Shown: positions 55,982 to 64,000 of the stretch, piece by piece
Layout of the letters: each line of letters begins with the position of its first letter
How positions within the stretch are numbered: position 1 is the stretch's first letter
Source: an uncultured Chloroflexia bacterium
GTDB lineage: Bacteria > Chloroflexota > Limnocylindria > Limnocylindrales > CSP1-4
Direction: 5' to 3'
DNA: 64,000 nucleotides
Assembly (NCBI GenBank): GCA_963755285.1
Contig: CAVWJB010000001.1
Location: 295,333 to 359,332 of the forward strand
Position numbers and translations under genes: made by a program
The notes under the pieces: model-generated
Seen by the model: the letters and a program-made list of their open reading frames with translations, nothing else
Told to the model about the DNA's origin: nothing
The model's database searches: none

Positions 55982-56473
55982 ATCGGCCCTCCGGCCGGGC
56001 GCCCAGCCCTGAGGGTGACTGGTGCGCCGAGGCACCGATCGGGCCGTTCCGTGTGGATAACGGCAGCGATTCGGTGGAAAAGCCTCTCCCGGTGTGGACA
56101 AGGGGCGTCCGCTGGGGTCCGGTTCGGACCCACCGCCGGGGCCTCGCGTGGACAGCTTCACCCGCCTTTGACGTCGGTCGCGGGTCGCCCTCCCGATGGT
56201 CCACCGCCTGTCCCGGTGCCGTCCCCGAATCGGGCCGTCGAGTCCACGGCCGGACCGCGATCGTGAACAGCCGTCGGCCGCACGGCCACTCGGCGTCGTC
56301 CACGCCGTCCACCGCATGATGACGGTGATGACGTTCTAAGATATGGAAGGATCTACCCACTACGCCCCACGGGCCCGGCGCTCCGGAGCCCAGCGGCCAG
56401 CCCGGGACCGACCCGCCGCACCGATCCGGCTCCTTCGGACGACCAGACCCCGCTTTCTCGGAGTGAACCGCTC
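55982..56473. other. Candidate oriC (dnaA-dnaN intergenic region)
   Basis: A perfect DnaA box TGTGGATAA lies at 56052-56060. Variants are GGTGGAAAA (56073), TGTGGACAA (56093) and CGTGGACAG (56147). Four opposite-orientation GTCCAC cores lie at about 56199, 56242, 56298 and 56307. The most AT-rich stretch I noticed in the window is at 56315-56365 (GATGACGgtGATGACGTTCTAAGATATGGAAGGATCTAC). Confidence 0.7.
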
Positions 56474-57592
56474 GTGAACGTCTCGGTCATGCAGGAGAAC
56501 CTCGCCCGCGGCCTGTCGGTCGTCAGTCGAGCGGTCTCGTCGCGAAGCACCCTGCCGGTTCTCGGCAACGTCCTGATCCGGACCGAGGACGCGGGTCTCA
56601 AGCTGACCGCGACGAATCTCGAGATCGGGATCACGTACTGGGTTCCCGGCAAGATCGACGCGGACGGAGCGATCACGGTCCCGGCCAAGCTCCTGGCGGA
56701 CATCGTGGCCAGCCTGCCTGCCGGCGAGAAGGTCGACCTCGAGCTCCAGGCGGGCGACACGCTGAGGATCCGGTCGGGCCGCTTCGAGTCCCACGTCAAG
56801 GGCATCGATGCCGAGGAATTCCCGGCCATCCCGACCGCCGGCGAGCGCCCGACCACCCGGATCTCCCAGAAGGTCCTCCGGCAGGCGCTCAACGAGACGA
56901 CGTTCGCGGCCGCCAGCGACGAGGCCCGCCCGATCCTGACCGGGGTCCTGTGCCGCTTCGAGGGAGACCTGCTGACCCTGGCCGCGGCCGACAACTACCG
57001 GATCGCGGTCAAGACGATCCCGACCCTCGACCCGGTCGAGGAGACGAGCATCGTCGTCCCGGCCCGCTCGCTCAACGAGCTCAGCCGGATCCTGGCCGAC
57101 GTGGACGACCCGGTCGACGTGGTCCTCGCGCCGAGCAAGAACCAGATCCTGTTCCATCTCGAGGGGATCGACCTCGTCAGCCGGCTGATCGACGGCCAGT
57201 TCCCGAACTATCAGCAGGTCCTGCCGAAGGGCCATACGACCCGCTCGGTCATCGATCGCGAGGAGCTCCTGAAGGCAGTCCGGCTCGCCGCGCTGATCGC
57301 CAGCGCCGCGGCGAACATCGTCAAGCTCGGGGTCGGCGTGGACGGCGAGCCCGGGGTGGTCGTCACGGCGGCGGCCGAGGTCGGCGACAACGAGGGCCGG
57401 GTCGAGGCGACGGTCGAGGGCGACGGGACGACGATCGCCTTCAATGCGCGCTACCTCGTCGACGTGCTCCAGAACGTCGACGTCGACCAGTTCGCGCTCG
57501 AGCTCAACGGACCGCTCTCACCCGGGGTCTTCCGCCCGGTCGGCGACGACGCCTACACCCACGTCGTCATGCCGGTCCGGACGACTTCCTGA
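56474..57592 (+). CDS. dnaN: DNA polymerase III subunit beta (sliding clamp)
   Basis: 372 aa, starting at the GTG at 56474 (alternative ATG at 56489). It has the clamp pattern LARGL..V.RAVSSRSTLPVL..VLI and the motif RLIDGQFPNYQQV. Confidence 0.95.
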   Translation: MNVSVMQENLARGLSVVSRAVSSRSTLPVLGNVLIRTEDAGLKLTATNLEIGITYWVPGKIDADGAITVPAKLLADIVASLPAGEKVDLELQAGDTLRIRSGRFESHVKGIDAEEFPAIPTAGERPTTRISQKVLRQALNETTFAAASDEARPILTGVLCRFEGDLLTLAAADNYRIAVKTIPTLDPVEETSIVVPARSLNELSRILADVDDPVDVVLAPSKNQILFHLEGIDLVSRLIDGQFPNYQQVLPKGHTTRSVIDREELLKAVRLAALIASAAANIVKLGVGVDGEPGVVVTAAAEVGDNEGRVEATVEGDGTTIAFNARYLVDVLQNVDVDQFALELNGPLSPGVFRPVGDDAYTHVVMPVRTTS

Positions 57593-57615
57593 GGAGGCCG
57601 GGTCAGCGGCCCGGG

Positions 57616-58782
57616 ATCGGTCTGCTCGAGTCGATCCGGCTGCGCGACCTGCGCGGCTACGCGGCCCTGGACGTCGACTTCGGACCCGGCCCACAGCTCG
57701 TCTGGGGGCCGAACGCGGCCGGCAAGACCAGCCTCCTCGAGGCGATCGTGCTGGTCGCCTGGGGTCGCTCGCACCGGACGAGCACCGATGCCGAGCTGAT
57801 CCGCTGGGGCGCCGACGTGGCGCGGGTCGAGGCACGGATCGGCTCGGCCGATGGGGCTCCCGGCGCCGAGCCGTCGACCGTCGAGGTCGCCCTCGTCCGC
57901 GAGGGTGGCGCTGGCCAGCGCAAGCGGATCCGGGTCAACGGGGTGCCGCGCCGGGCGACCGCCCTGAGCGGCGTGCTCCGGACGGTGATGTTCGCGCCCG
58001 AGGACATGCTCCTGGTGGCCGGCTCGCCGGGCCCCCGGCGGGCGGCGATCGACACCCTGGCGGCGAGCCGGACGCCCTCGTTCGGCCCGGACCTGGCGAC
58101 CTACGGCCGAGCGCTCCAGCAGCGGAACGGCCTGCTCCGGGCGATCCGAGAAGGTGCGGCGGACCGCGCCGAGCTCCACTTCTGGGACGGCGCCCTGCTC
58201 GACGCCGGCGCCAGCGTCGTCGAGGGCCGCCTGGCGACGATCGAGGCGACGGCCGAGCCCCTCCGCCGCGCTCATGCCGAGATCGCGCCGGACGAAGGAC
58301 GCCTGACGATCGGCTACGAGACGAACGCTCCGCGGCGGCCGGGTGACTCCGTTCGCGACGCCCTGGCTCGGCGGCTGGTCGAGACGGCCGACAAGGAGGC
58401 GTGGAACGGGACGACGCTGATCGGACCGCACCGCGACGACATCGTGTTCGAGCTCGAGGGCCGCGACCTCGCCGGGTTCGCCTCGCGCGGGCAGCAGCGG
58501 ACGGCGATCCTGGCCCTCAAGCTGGCCGAGCTCGACGTCCTCACGAGCCTCGACGGCCGCCCACCGCTGCTCCTGCTGGATGACGTCTTCAGCGAGCTCG
58601 ACCCAGAGCGACGCGCCCACCTCGTCCGGCGGATCGCCGAGCTCCCCCAGGCGTTCGTGACCACGACGACGCTCGGCGACCTCGACCCGGCGCTCAGGGC
58701 AGCCGGCGCGAGCTGGTCGGTCGAACCGAGCCCGGACGGCGCGACGCTGGTGGGCCCGGGTCAGCCGGCGACGGTCCGATGA
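57616..58782 (+). CDS. recF: DNA replication/repair protein RecF
   Basis: LLESIRLRDLRGY...GPNAAGKTSLLEAI (Walker A), the signature GQQRTAILALKLA and Walker B LLLLDDVFSELD. There is no ATG/GTG/TTG in frame near the conserved N-terminus, so the start (ATC at 57616 or CTG at 57622) is uncertain. Confidence 0.87.
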   Translation: MGLLESIRLRDLRGYAALDVDFGPGPQLVWGPNAAGKTSLLEAIVLVAWGRSHRTSTDAELIRWGADVARVEARIGSADGAPGAEPSTVEVALVREGGAGQRKRIRVNGVPRRATALSGVLRTVMFAPEDMLLVAGSPGPRRAAIDTLAASRTPSFGPDLATYGRALQQRNGLLRAIREGAADRAELHFWDGALLDAGASVVEGRLATIEATAEPLRRAHAEIAPDEGRLTIGYETNAPRRPGDSVRDALARRLVETADKEAWNGTTLIGPHRDDIVFELEGRDLAGFASRGQQRTAILALKLAELDVLTSLDGRPPLLLLDDVFSELDPERRAHLVRRIAELPQAFVTTTTLGDLDPALRAAGASWSVEPSPDGATLVGPGQPATVR

Positions 58783-59096
58783 CCTCCCGGCGCGGCCCGA
58801 TGGTGCGCATCGGCGACCTGCTGCCGGCCGCCGCTCGCGAGCTTGGTCTCGAGGCGGAGCTCCGGCTGGCACGCGCCGGGTCGACCTGGGATGCCCTTGT
58901 CGCGGAACGGGTGCCGGCGGCCACCGGGGCCTGCCGGCTGGTGGCGATCGAGGGCGACGCCCTGCTCGTCGAGGCCGACCAACCGATCGTCGGCCAGGAG
59001 CTCCGGCTGCGCACGGGCGAGCTCCTCGGGGCCTTCCGGACGGCCCCCGGCGGGTTCCCTGCCGCCGGGCTTCGGGTCCGGGTCCGACGGGTATAA
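58779..59096 (+). CDS. dciA: DUF721 domain protein (DciA-type helicase-loader family)
   Basis: 105 aa. The ATG overlaps the recF stop (ATGA). It has the DUF721-like pattern IGDLL....RELGLE.......W...V........A....L.V......W..EL and the conserved position after recF. Confidence 0.7.
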   Translation: MTSRRGPMVRIGDLLPAAARELGLEAELRLARAGSTWDALVAERVPAATGACRLVAIEGDALLVEADQPIVGQELRLRTGELLGAFRTAPGGFPAAGLRVRVRRV

Positions 59097-59097
59097 T
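59092..59097 (+). promoter_or_regulatory. Consensus -10 hexamer TATAAT upstream of the PP2C-like gene
   Basis: GGGTATAATCCGGC overlaps the dciA stop. It shares the 10-mer ATAATCCGGC with the candidate promoter at 62241. The leader to the ATG at 59229 is about 125 nt and contains a GGCAGGC...GCCTGCC stem. Confidence 0.35.
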
Positions 59098-59228
59098 CCG
59101 GCAGGCCTGTCAGCCGCCTCGAGGGCCGAGAGCCTGCCCCGAGACCTCGACCAGCCAGCCGGGGGGCACCGGGACCGCCCAGCCCGCCAGATCGAAGACG
59201 AGGCCCGCTTTTGGCCGTACGGCTCCAG

Positions 59229-61493
59229 ATGAAGCTCGGCTTCGTCGCCGAGCAGGACCGCCTCCCCGACTCGCCGGACACGGTCGTCCCGGAAGAGCCC
59301 ACGATCGGCTCGATCGTTCGATCGAAGGGCAACCTGTACCTGCTCGTGACCGGCCGGACGGCCGGCGCCCGCCTGCGCGAGGCGACCCGGCTCGTCTCCG
59401 ACACGATCCGCCGCGAGTACTACTACGACGAGTCCGCCGGGATCGTGGTCTGCCTCGAGAAGGCGATCAAGGCGGCCAACAAGAAGCTCGGTCACCAGAA
59501 GGACAGGCTCGGCGGCGATGAGACGAACGGACCGATCGGCGTGGCCGCCGCGGTCGTCCGGGGCAACGAGCTCTATGTCGTCACCGTCGGACCGGCCGAG
59601 GCCTATCTCATCCGCCAGGCGCGGCTGTCGACGCTGCCGGATCCGCACCGTGAGCGAGGTCTGCCGACCACCGAGATCGAGCCGGATGTCTGGCGCGGCG
59701 AGATCTCGGTCGGGGACTCGGTTGTCCTGGCATCGCCCAACCTGATCGGGCGGCTTGGGCCGGACGAGCTCAAGGACGCGATGGTGACCCTCCACCCGCA
59801 GTCGGCGATGGAGCACCTCCACCACCGGTTCATCGCCGCCGACGGGACCGGCAGCGACGGCGCGATCGCGTTCGAGGCGACCGAGGTGTCAGCCACGGCC
59901 AAGCAGCGCAAGCTCGTCCCGGTCAAGCCGGCCGAGCCGTTGGCCGGAACCCCGGATCGCTCGCCGATCCCGCTGGCCGACAGCGTGACCGCCGGGGCCG
60001 CCGCGGTCCAGCAGTCCGCCCGCCAGGCGAAGACGGCCGCCGGCGGGGCGGCCGGGCGGTTCCTGGGCGGTGTCCAGGATCGGCTGCCACGGCGATCCGG
60101 TCCGGCCGACCGCCGCGTGACCACCCTGTCCTCGCGCCGGGAGACCCAGCGCCGGGCGGCCGTTGCGTTGCTCGCCCTGATCATCGTCGTCGGGCTGCTC
60201 GGGTCGGGGGTCTGGTACTTCGGCGGCGGGAGCGGGTCGACGACCGGCCTGAGCTCGCTGACGACCGGCCAGAAGGCCCTCATGGACGCCAAGACCGCGA
60301 TCGAGGAGGTCTACGCGCCCGGGATCAACCTGGTCAAGAACGATCCGCCCCGCGCCACCGACCTGCTGACGAAGGCCTGGCGGCAGCTCGAGACGGCCAG
60401 CGGGGCGGGCATCCCCGCGAGCGCGATCGCCCCGCTCAGGGCCCAGGCCCAGGCCGGCCTGGACGAGCTGTACAAGATGGACTCGGTCGGGGCGACGACG
60501 CTCTTCTCGTTCGCCGACTCGGATCCGCCGGTCGATCTGAAGGCGGTCGCCATCGGCCCGGACAAGGCGCCGTACGTCCTGGACGGGGCGACGAACGCGG
60601 TCTACCGGGTCGACGTCAAGGGCGGCAAGGCCGCCCCGGTCGCGAAGGTCGGTCAGGCGGTCGGCGGGGTCAAGGTCGCCGAGCCGAAGTTCATCGCGCT
60701 GGCCGGCCCCGACCTGCTGATCCTCGACAGCAAGAACGTCCTGTGGCGCTGGCGACCGGCCGACCGGGTCGGTCACGGGACCCTGAGGAAGGTCAACGTC
60801 ACCGAATCCTCGAGCTGGGGGGACGACATCCGGGCGATCGGTGCGTTTGTCCGGAACGCCGACCAGGGGCTCTACAACCTGTACGTCGTCGACCCGTCGG
60901 GCAAGCAGATCCTGGTCTACACGCCGGCCTTCGACGGCGGTGGATTCCCGGGCGACCCGAGCGGCTGGCTGGCCGCCCCCCAGGACGTGGCGACGACCGA
61001 GGCGATGGCCATCGACGGCGACATCTACCTGTCGCGGTCGGGGACGATCAACCGGTTCGTCCGCGGCGGCAACACCGGCTGGAAGCCCGGCGATCCCGGC
61101 GATGGGCTGCTCCGGCCGGCTCCCGTCTACTCGCTCGCCGTGACCGGCGCCGACAAGTCAACCGTGGAGACGCGCTACGTCTACGGCTACGACAAGGCCA
61201 ACCAGCGGGTCCTCGCCCTGTCGAAGGACAACGGCTCGGTCGTCGGCCAGTACCGGCTGGCCGGCGATGCGCCGGGCTGGAGCGACCTGCGCGGGATGTA
61301 CATCCTGGCCGGGACGGAGACCGAGCCCGACACGCTCGTCTGGATCGACAAGAACCGCCTGATGAGCTCGATCCTCGAAGGCGTCCAGACGCCGACCGCG
61401 TCGCCCAGCCCGAGCGCCGGGGCCAACCCGTCCACCTCGCCGAAGGCCAGCCCGACGCCGACCAAGAAGCCGAAGAAGACGCCGAAGCCGTGA
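59229..61493 (+). CDS. Membrane protein with an N-terminal PP2C-like (probably degenerate) domain, one TM helix, an extracytoplasmic beta-propeller-like domain and a Pro/Thr/Lys tail
   Basis: 754 aa from the ATG at 59229 (the track TTG is at 59211). The N-terminal approximately 220 aa have a PPM-fold-like pattern (NLYLLVTG...GVAAAVVRGNELYVVTVGPAEAYL...GDSVVLASPNL...DGAIAFEA). The TM helix is AAVALLALIIVVGLLGSGVWYF. The C-terminal half has 5-6 blade-like repeats (YVLDGATNAVYRVD, LLILDSKNVLWRW, LYVVDPSGKQILVY, IYLSRSGTINRF, VYGYDKANQRVLAL). Confidence 0.65.
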   Translation: MKLGFVAEQDRLPDSPDTVVPEEPTIGSIVRSKGNLYLLVTGRTAGARLREATRLVSDTIRREYYYDESAGIVVCLEKAIKAANKKLGHQKDRLGGDETNGPIGVAAAVVRGNELYVVTVGPAEAYLIRQARLSTLPDPHRERGLPTTEIEPDVWRGEISVGDSVVLASPNLIGRLGPDELKDAMVTLHPQSAMEHLHHRFIAADGTGSDGAIAFEATEVSATAKQRKLVPVKPAEPLAGTPDRSPIPLADSVTAGAAAVQQSARQAKTAAGGAAGRFLGGVQDRLPRRSGPADRRVTTLSSRRETQRRAAVALLALIIVVGLLGSGVWYFGGGSGSTTGLSSLTTGQKALMDAKTAIEEVYAPGINLVKNDPPRATDLLTKAWRQLETASGAGIPASAIAPLRAQAQAGLDELYKMDSVGATTLFSFADSDPPVDLKAVAIGPDKAPYVLDGATNAVYRVDVKGGKAAPVAKVGQAVGGVKVAEPKFIALAGPDLLILDSKNVLWRWRPADRVGHGTLRKVNVTESSSWGDDIRAIGAFVRNADQGLYNLYVVDPSGKQILVYTPAFDGGGFPGDPSGWLAAPQDVATTEAMAIDGDIYLSRSGTINRFVRGGNTGWKPGDPGDGLLRPAPVYSLAVTGADKSTVETRYVYGYDKANQRVLALSKDNGSVVGQYRLAGDAPGWSDLRGMYILAGTETEPDTLVWIDKNRLMSSILEGVQTPTASPSPSAGANPSTSPKASPTPTKKPKKTPKP

Positions 61494-61497
61494 CCCC

Positions 61498-62204
61498 GTG
61501 ATCCCGCTGAGGGACGCGAACCCCACCCGTCGAACGCCGGTCGTCACGCTGGCCATCATCGTCGCCTGCTTCGTCACCTTCGCGCTCGAGCTGGCGAATC
61601 CAGGCGACGAGCGGCGAGGCCGGCCTGACCGACCTGTTCGACACCTTCGGGGTGGTCCCGGTCGACCTCGTCGCGGCGCTCCGCTCGGGTCAGCTTCGTC
61701 GGCCTGCCGGTCCTGAGCCTGATCACCTACCAGTTCCTGCACGGCGGCTGGGTCCACATCGGGGCGAACATGCTCTACCTGTGGATCTTCGGCAACAACG
61801 TCGAGGATCGGCTCGGGCGACCGGCCTTCCTCCTGTTCTATCTCGCCGGCGGGGTGATCGCGGCCCTCGCCCAGGTCTCGATCGACCCGAGCTCCGATGT
61901 CCCGTTGGTCGGGGCGTCCGGATCGATCGCCGCGGTCCTCGGGGCGTACGCGATCATGTTCCCGCGGGCGCGGATCCTGGCGATCGTGTTCCTGGTCGTC
62001 TTCTTCCAGCTGACCGAGGTGCCCTCGATCCTGGTCCTCGGACTGTGGTTCGTCCTCCAGGTCATCGACGGGCTCGCCTCGCTGGGCGTCGACGAGGTGG
62101 TCGGCGGCATCGCGATCTTCGCCCACATCGCCGGGTTCGTCGCCGGGGTGCTGGTCGGTCTGCTCGTCCGCGGGCTGCGACCGCGACCGCTCGGCGCGGG
62201 CTGA
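61498..62204 (+). CDS. Rhomboid family intramembrane serine protease, split over three frames
   Basis: Frame A is MIPLRDANPTRRTPVVTLAIIVACFVTFALEL. Frame B is IQATSGEAGLTDLFDTFGVVPVDLVAALRSG. Frame C is SFVGLPVLSLITYQFLHGGWVHIGANMLYLWIFGNNVEDRLG...GASGSIAAVLGAY (catalytic GxSG)...FAHIAGF (catalytic His). The junctions are at about 61594-61600 and 61686-61693. Confidence 0.8.
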
Positions 62205-62237
62205 CCCTGGCCAGATCGGCCTGCGGCCCGAGCGCCG

Positions 62238-62246
62238 TGGGATAAT
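62238..62246 (+). promoter_or_regulatory. Candidate extended -10 promoter giving a leaderless mRNA for the DUF151 nuclease gene
   Basis: TGgGATAAT. The hexamer ends 6 nt before the ATG at 62253 and there is no SD sequence. Confidence 0.4.
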
Positions 62247-62252
62247 CCGGCC

Positions 62253-62810
62253 ATGGCGCAGCTCGTGGAGATGGTCGTCGAGAGCGTGCGGGTCCACATG
62301 CCGTCGAGCCAGCACGTGGTGATCCTCAAGGAGGTCGACCGCGAGCGTTACCTGCCGATCTGGATCGGCCCGTGGGAGGCGAACGCGATCGCGATGAAGC
62401 TCCAGGGCGTGTCGTCCGAGCGGCCGCTCACCCACGACCTGTTCTCGTCGACGCTCGAGGAGCTCGGGGTGACCGTGCGTCGGGTCGTGATCTCGTCGCT
62501 CGCCGAGGAGACGTTCCACGCCCGGCTCTTCCTCCAGTCGGGCGAACGCGAGCTCGAGGTCGACTCGAGACCGTCGGATGCGCTGGCCCTGGCGGTCCGG
62601 GCCGGAGTCCGGATCTACGCCGCCGACGAGGTCCTCGACCGGGCCGGCGTCCGGCCCGAGGACGCGGAGAGCACCTCGATCGAGGACCTCGAGTCGACCG
62701 GCGAGGCCGCCTCACCGGCCGACCCACGGCTCGACGTCTTCCGCGACTTCATCAACTCGCTCGATCTCGGCGGCGACGCCAGCACCCGCGAGGGGCCGAG
62801 CCCGGAGTAG
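62253..62810 (+). CDS. Bifunctional nuclease family protein (DUF151/BFN)
   Basis: 185 aa with VVILKEVDRERYLPIWIGPWEANAI...RPLTHDL...ARL....E..VDSRPSDALALAVRAGVRIY. It has an acidic C-terminal tail. Confidence 0.82.
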   Translation: MAQLVEMVVESVRVHMPSSQHVVILKEVDRERYLPIWIGPWEANAIAMKLQGVSSERPLTHDLFSSTLEELGVTVRRVVISSLAEETFHARLFLQSGERELEVDSRPSDALALAVRAGVRIYAADEVLDRAGVRPEDAESTSIEDLESTGEAASPADPRLDVFRDFINSLDLGGDASTREGPSPE

Positions 62811-62855
62811 CCGCCCGTCCCCGGCCGGGGGCTCCGTGTCCCGGGTTCCGTCAGG

Positions 62856-63656
62856 CTATTCGCCGAGGACGGATTCGCCGCGCGACAAGGCGCGTCCCGG
62901 CGACGCCCACAGGCGCAGGCGGAGGAACCAGAAGTCGTGGACGGCCCGCAGGATGACCCGCGGATTGGCGCCGGTCGGCGAGCCGGCCGTTCGGGGATAG
63001 TGCGGGACGCCGACCTCGACGACCGAGCGGCCGAGCGCCCGAAGCTTGATGAGCAGCTCGGCCGACAGGAAGGCGCCGCCCGACTCGACCCGGATTCCGG
63101 CCAGGGCTTCCCGTCGGAACAGCTTGCAGGCGCAGTCGACGTCGGTCGCGGGCAGGCCGAAGAAGATCCGATTGGCCAGCCGGTACGTCCGGGCATAGAG
63201 GGTCCGGATGATCGGGTCGGCGCGCTGGATCCGGAAGCCGACGACCACGTCTGGGCGGTCCGGCTCGGCCATCCGGGAGGTCAGCCGGCCGAGATCGGCG
63301 ATCTTGAACTGGCGGTCGCCGTCGGTGAACGCCACGAACCCGTACTCGGCGGCGCGGAACCCGGACCGGAGGGCGGCTCCGTAGCCCAGGTTGACCTCGT
63401 GGTGGACGGCTCGCACGACGCGCGGGTGGGCCGCCGCAAGGCGATCGGCGATCTCGCTCGTCCCGTCGCTGGATCCGTCGTCGACGATGACGATCTCGAA
63501 CTCGTCGGCCAGGGACGGCAGCGTCGCCAGCGCCTCCTCGACGAGGGGCTCGACGTTGTCCTTCTCGTTGTGGGCCGGGAAGAAGTACGACAGCTCGGGC
63601 AGACGCCCGGATCGCGGATCGAGCTTCGGGTCGGTCACCACGGCCGGCGCGGTCAT
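62856..63656 (-). CDS. Family 2 glycosyltransferase (polyprenol-phosphate sugar synthase-like)
   Basis: The start is the ATG at 63656 (MTAPAVV). Motifs: SYFFPAHNE, VIVDDGSSDGT, FTDGDRQF (DxD-type) and CACKLFRRE. Confidence 0.85.
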   Translation of the reverse strand: MTAPAVVTDPKLDPRSGRLPELSYFFPAHNEKDNVEPLVEEALATLPSLADEFEIVIVDDGSSDGTSEIADRLAAAHPRVVRAVHHEVNLGYGAALRSGFRAAEYGFVAFTDGDRQFKIADLGRLTSRMAEPDRPDVVVGFRIQRADPIIRTLYARTYRLANRIFFGLPATDVDCACKLFRREALAGIRVESGGAFLSAELLIKLRALGRSVVEVGVPHYPRTAGSPTGANPRVILRAVHDFWFLRLRLWASPGRALSRGESVLGE

Positions 63657-64000
63657 CGCTCGACGCCGGCGAGCACGGCGTCGACCCGGTAGACGGGCTG
63701 CGATCCGGGCACCGGCAGGACCGTGAGCTGATAGCGGGCCCGCAGGCGCGGCGACCACCGCAGGATCGACCTGGATCACGATGACCGGGCGGCGGCCGAG
63801 GTTCGCGTCGATCACGTCGGCGATCTCTCCGAGGTTCTCGTCAAGGCGTGTTCGATCGTCAACGATCCGGATGTCCGGTCGGCGGCCCTCGACGTGCTGT
63901 GCGTACCATAGCGGGGTCGAGTAGCTCCACCACGACACGATGACGGCGTCGCGGCCGACGATCCGCTCGTCGAGGATGGCCGCGAGCCAGTCGGAGGCCT
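63653..64000 (-). CDS. C-terminal part of a DUF2723/GT117-like membrane glycosyltransferase (partial, with an apparent frameshift)
   Basis: SWWSYSTPLWYAQHVEGRRPDIRIVDD resembles the conserved PLWY.QEVEG.RPD motif. The tail YQLTVLPVPGSQPVYRVDAVLAGVER* is in another frame. Its TGA overlaps the GT2 ATG (ATGA). The junction is at about 63735-63760. The gene runs off the window. Confidence 0.55.

Overview
This is a 64-kb, high-GC (about 70% by eye) segment next to the replication origin of a monoderm-type bacterium. The gene order looks like Actinomycetota or Chloroflexota: rpmE-prfA-prmC-tsaC-glyA-wecA-atpIBEFHAGDC, and jag-yidC-yidD-rnpA-rpmH next to dnaA-dnaN-recF-DUF721.

The content is almost entirely housekeeping:
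- a complete F1F0 ATP synthase operon
- RF1, RF2 and PrmC
- ribosomal proteins L21, L27, L31 and L34
- glyA
- the elongasome genes mreD-mrdA-rodA
- a tightly overlapping parA-parB-gyrB-(thioesterase)-(AlkD-like)-gyrA-prs operon
- secA, ftsEX, ctp, and smpB with tmRNA
- the oriC cluster

I saw no rRNA, tRNA, CRISPR array, transposase, integrase or recognisable defence gene. I did not find a convincing new multi-gene system, so this looks like an ordinary core region.

Items worth a second look:
1. At least 16 apparent frameshifts, including some in essential genes. Seven or more fall in one 5.2-kb tandem-repeat adhesin locus inserted between wecA and the atp operon.
2. Two near-consensus parS sites that form a 19-bp inverted repeat upstream of parAB.
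3. The canonical CTT-TGA-C programmed +1 frameshift in prfB. Directly upstream is an unrecognised 75-aa, 8-cysteine ORF whose stop codon abuts the prfB start.
4. A dnaA-dnaN oriC with opposed DnaA-box clusters and an AT-rich element.
5. A structured, relatively AT-rich element with a mini-ORF upstream of smpB.
6. Several leaderless-type promoters.
7. A protein combining a PP2C-like domain, a TM helix and a beta-propeller, next to the origin genes.

All family calls rest on motifs I recognise by eye. No database search was run.
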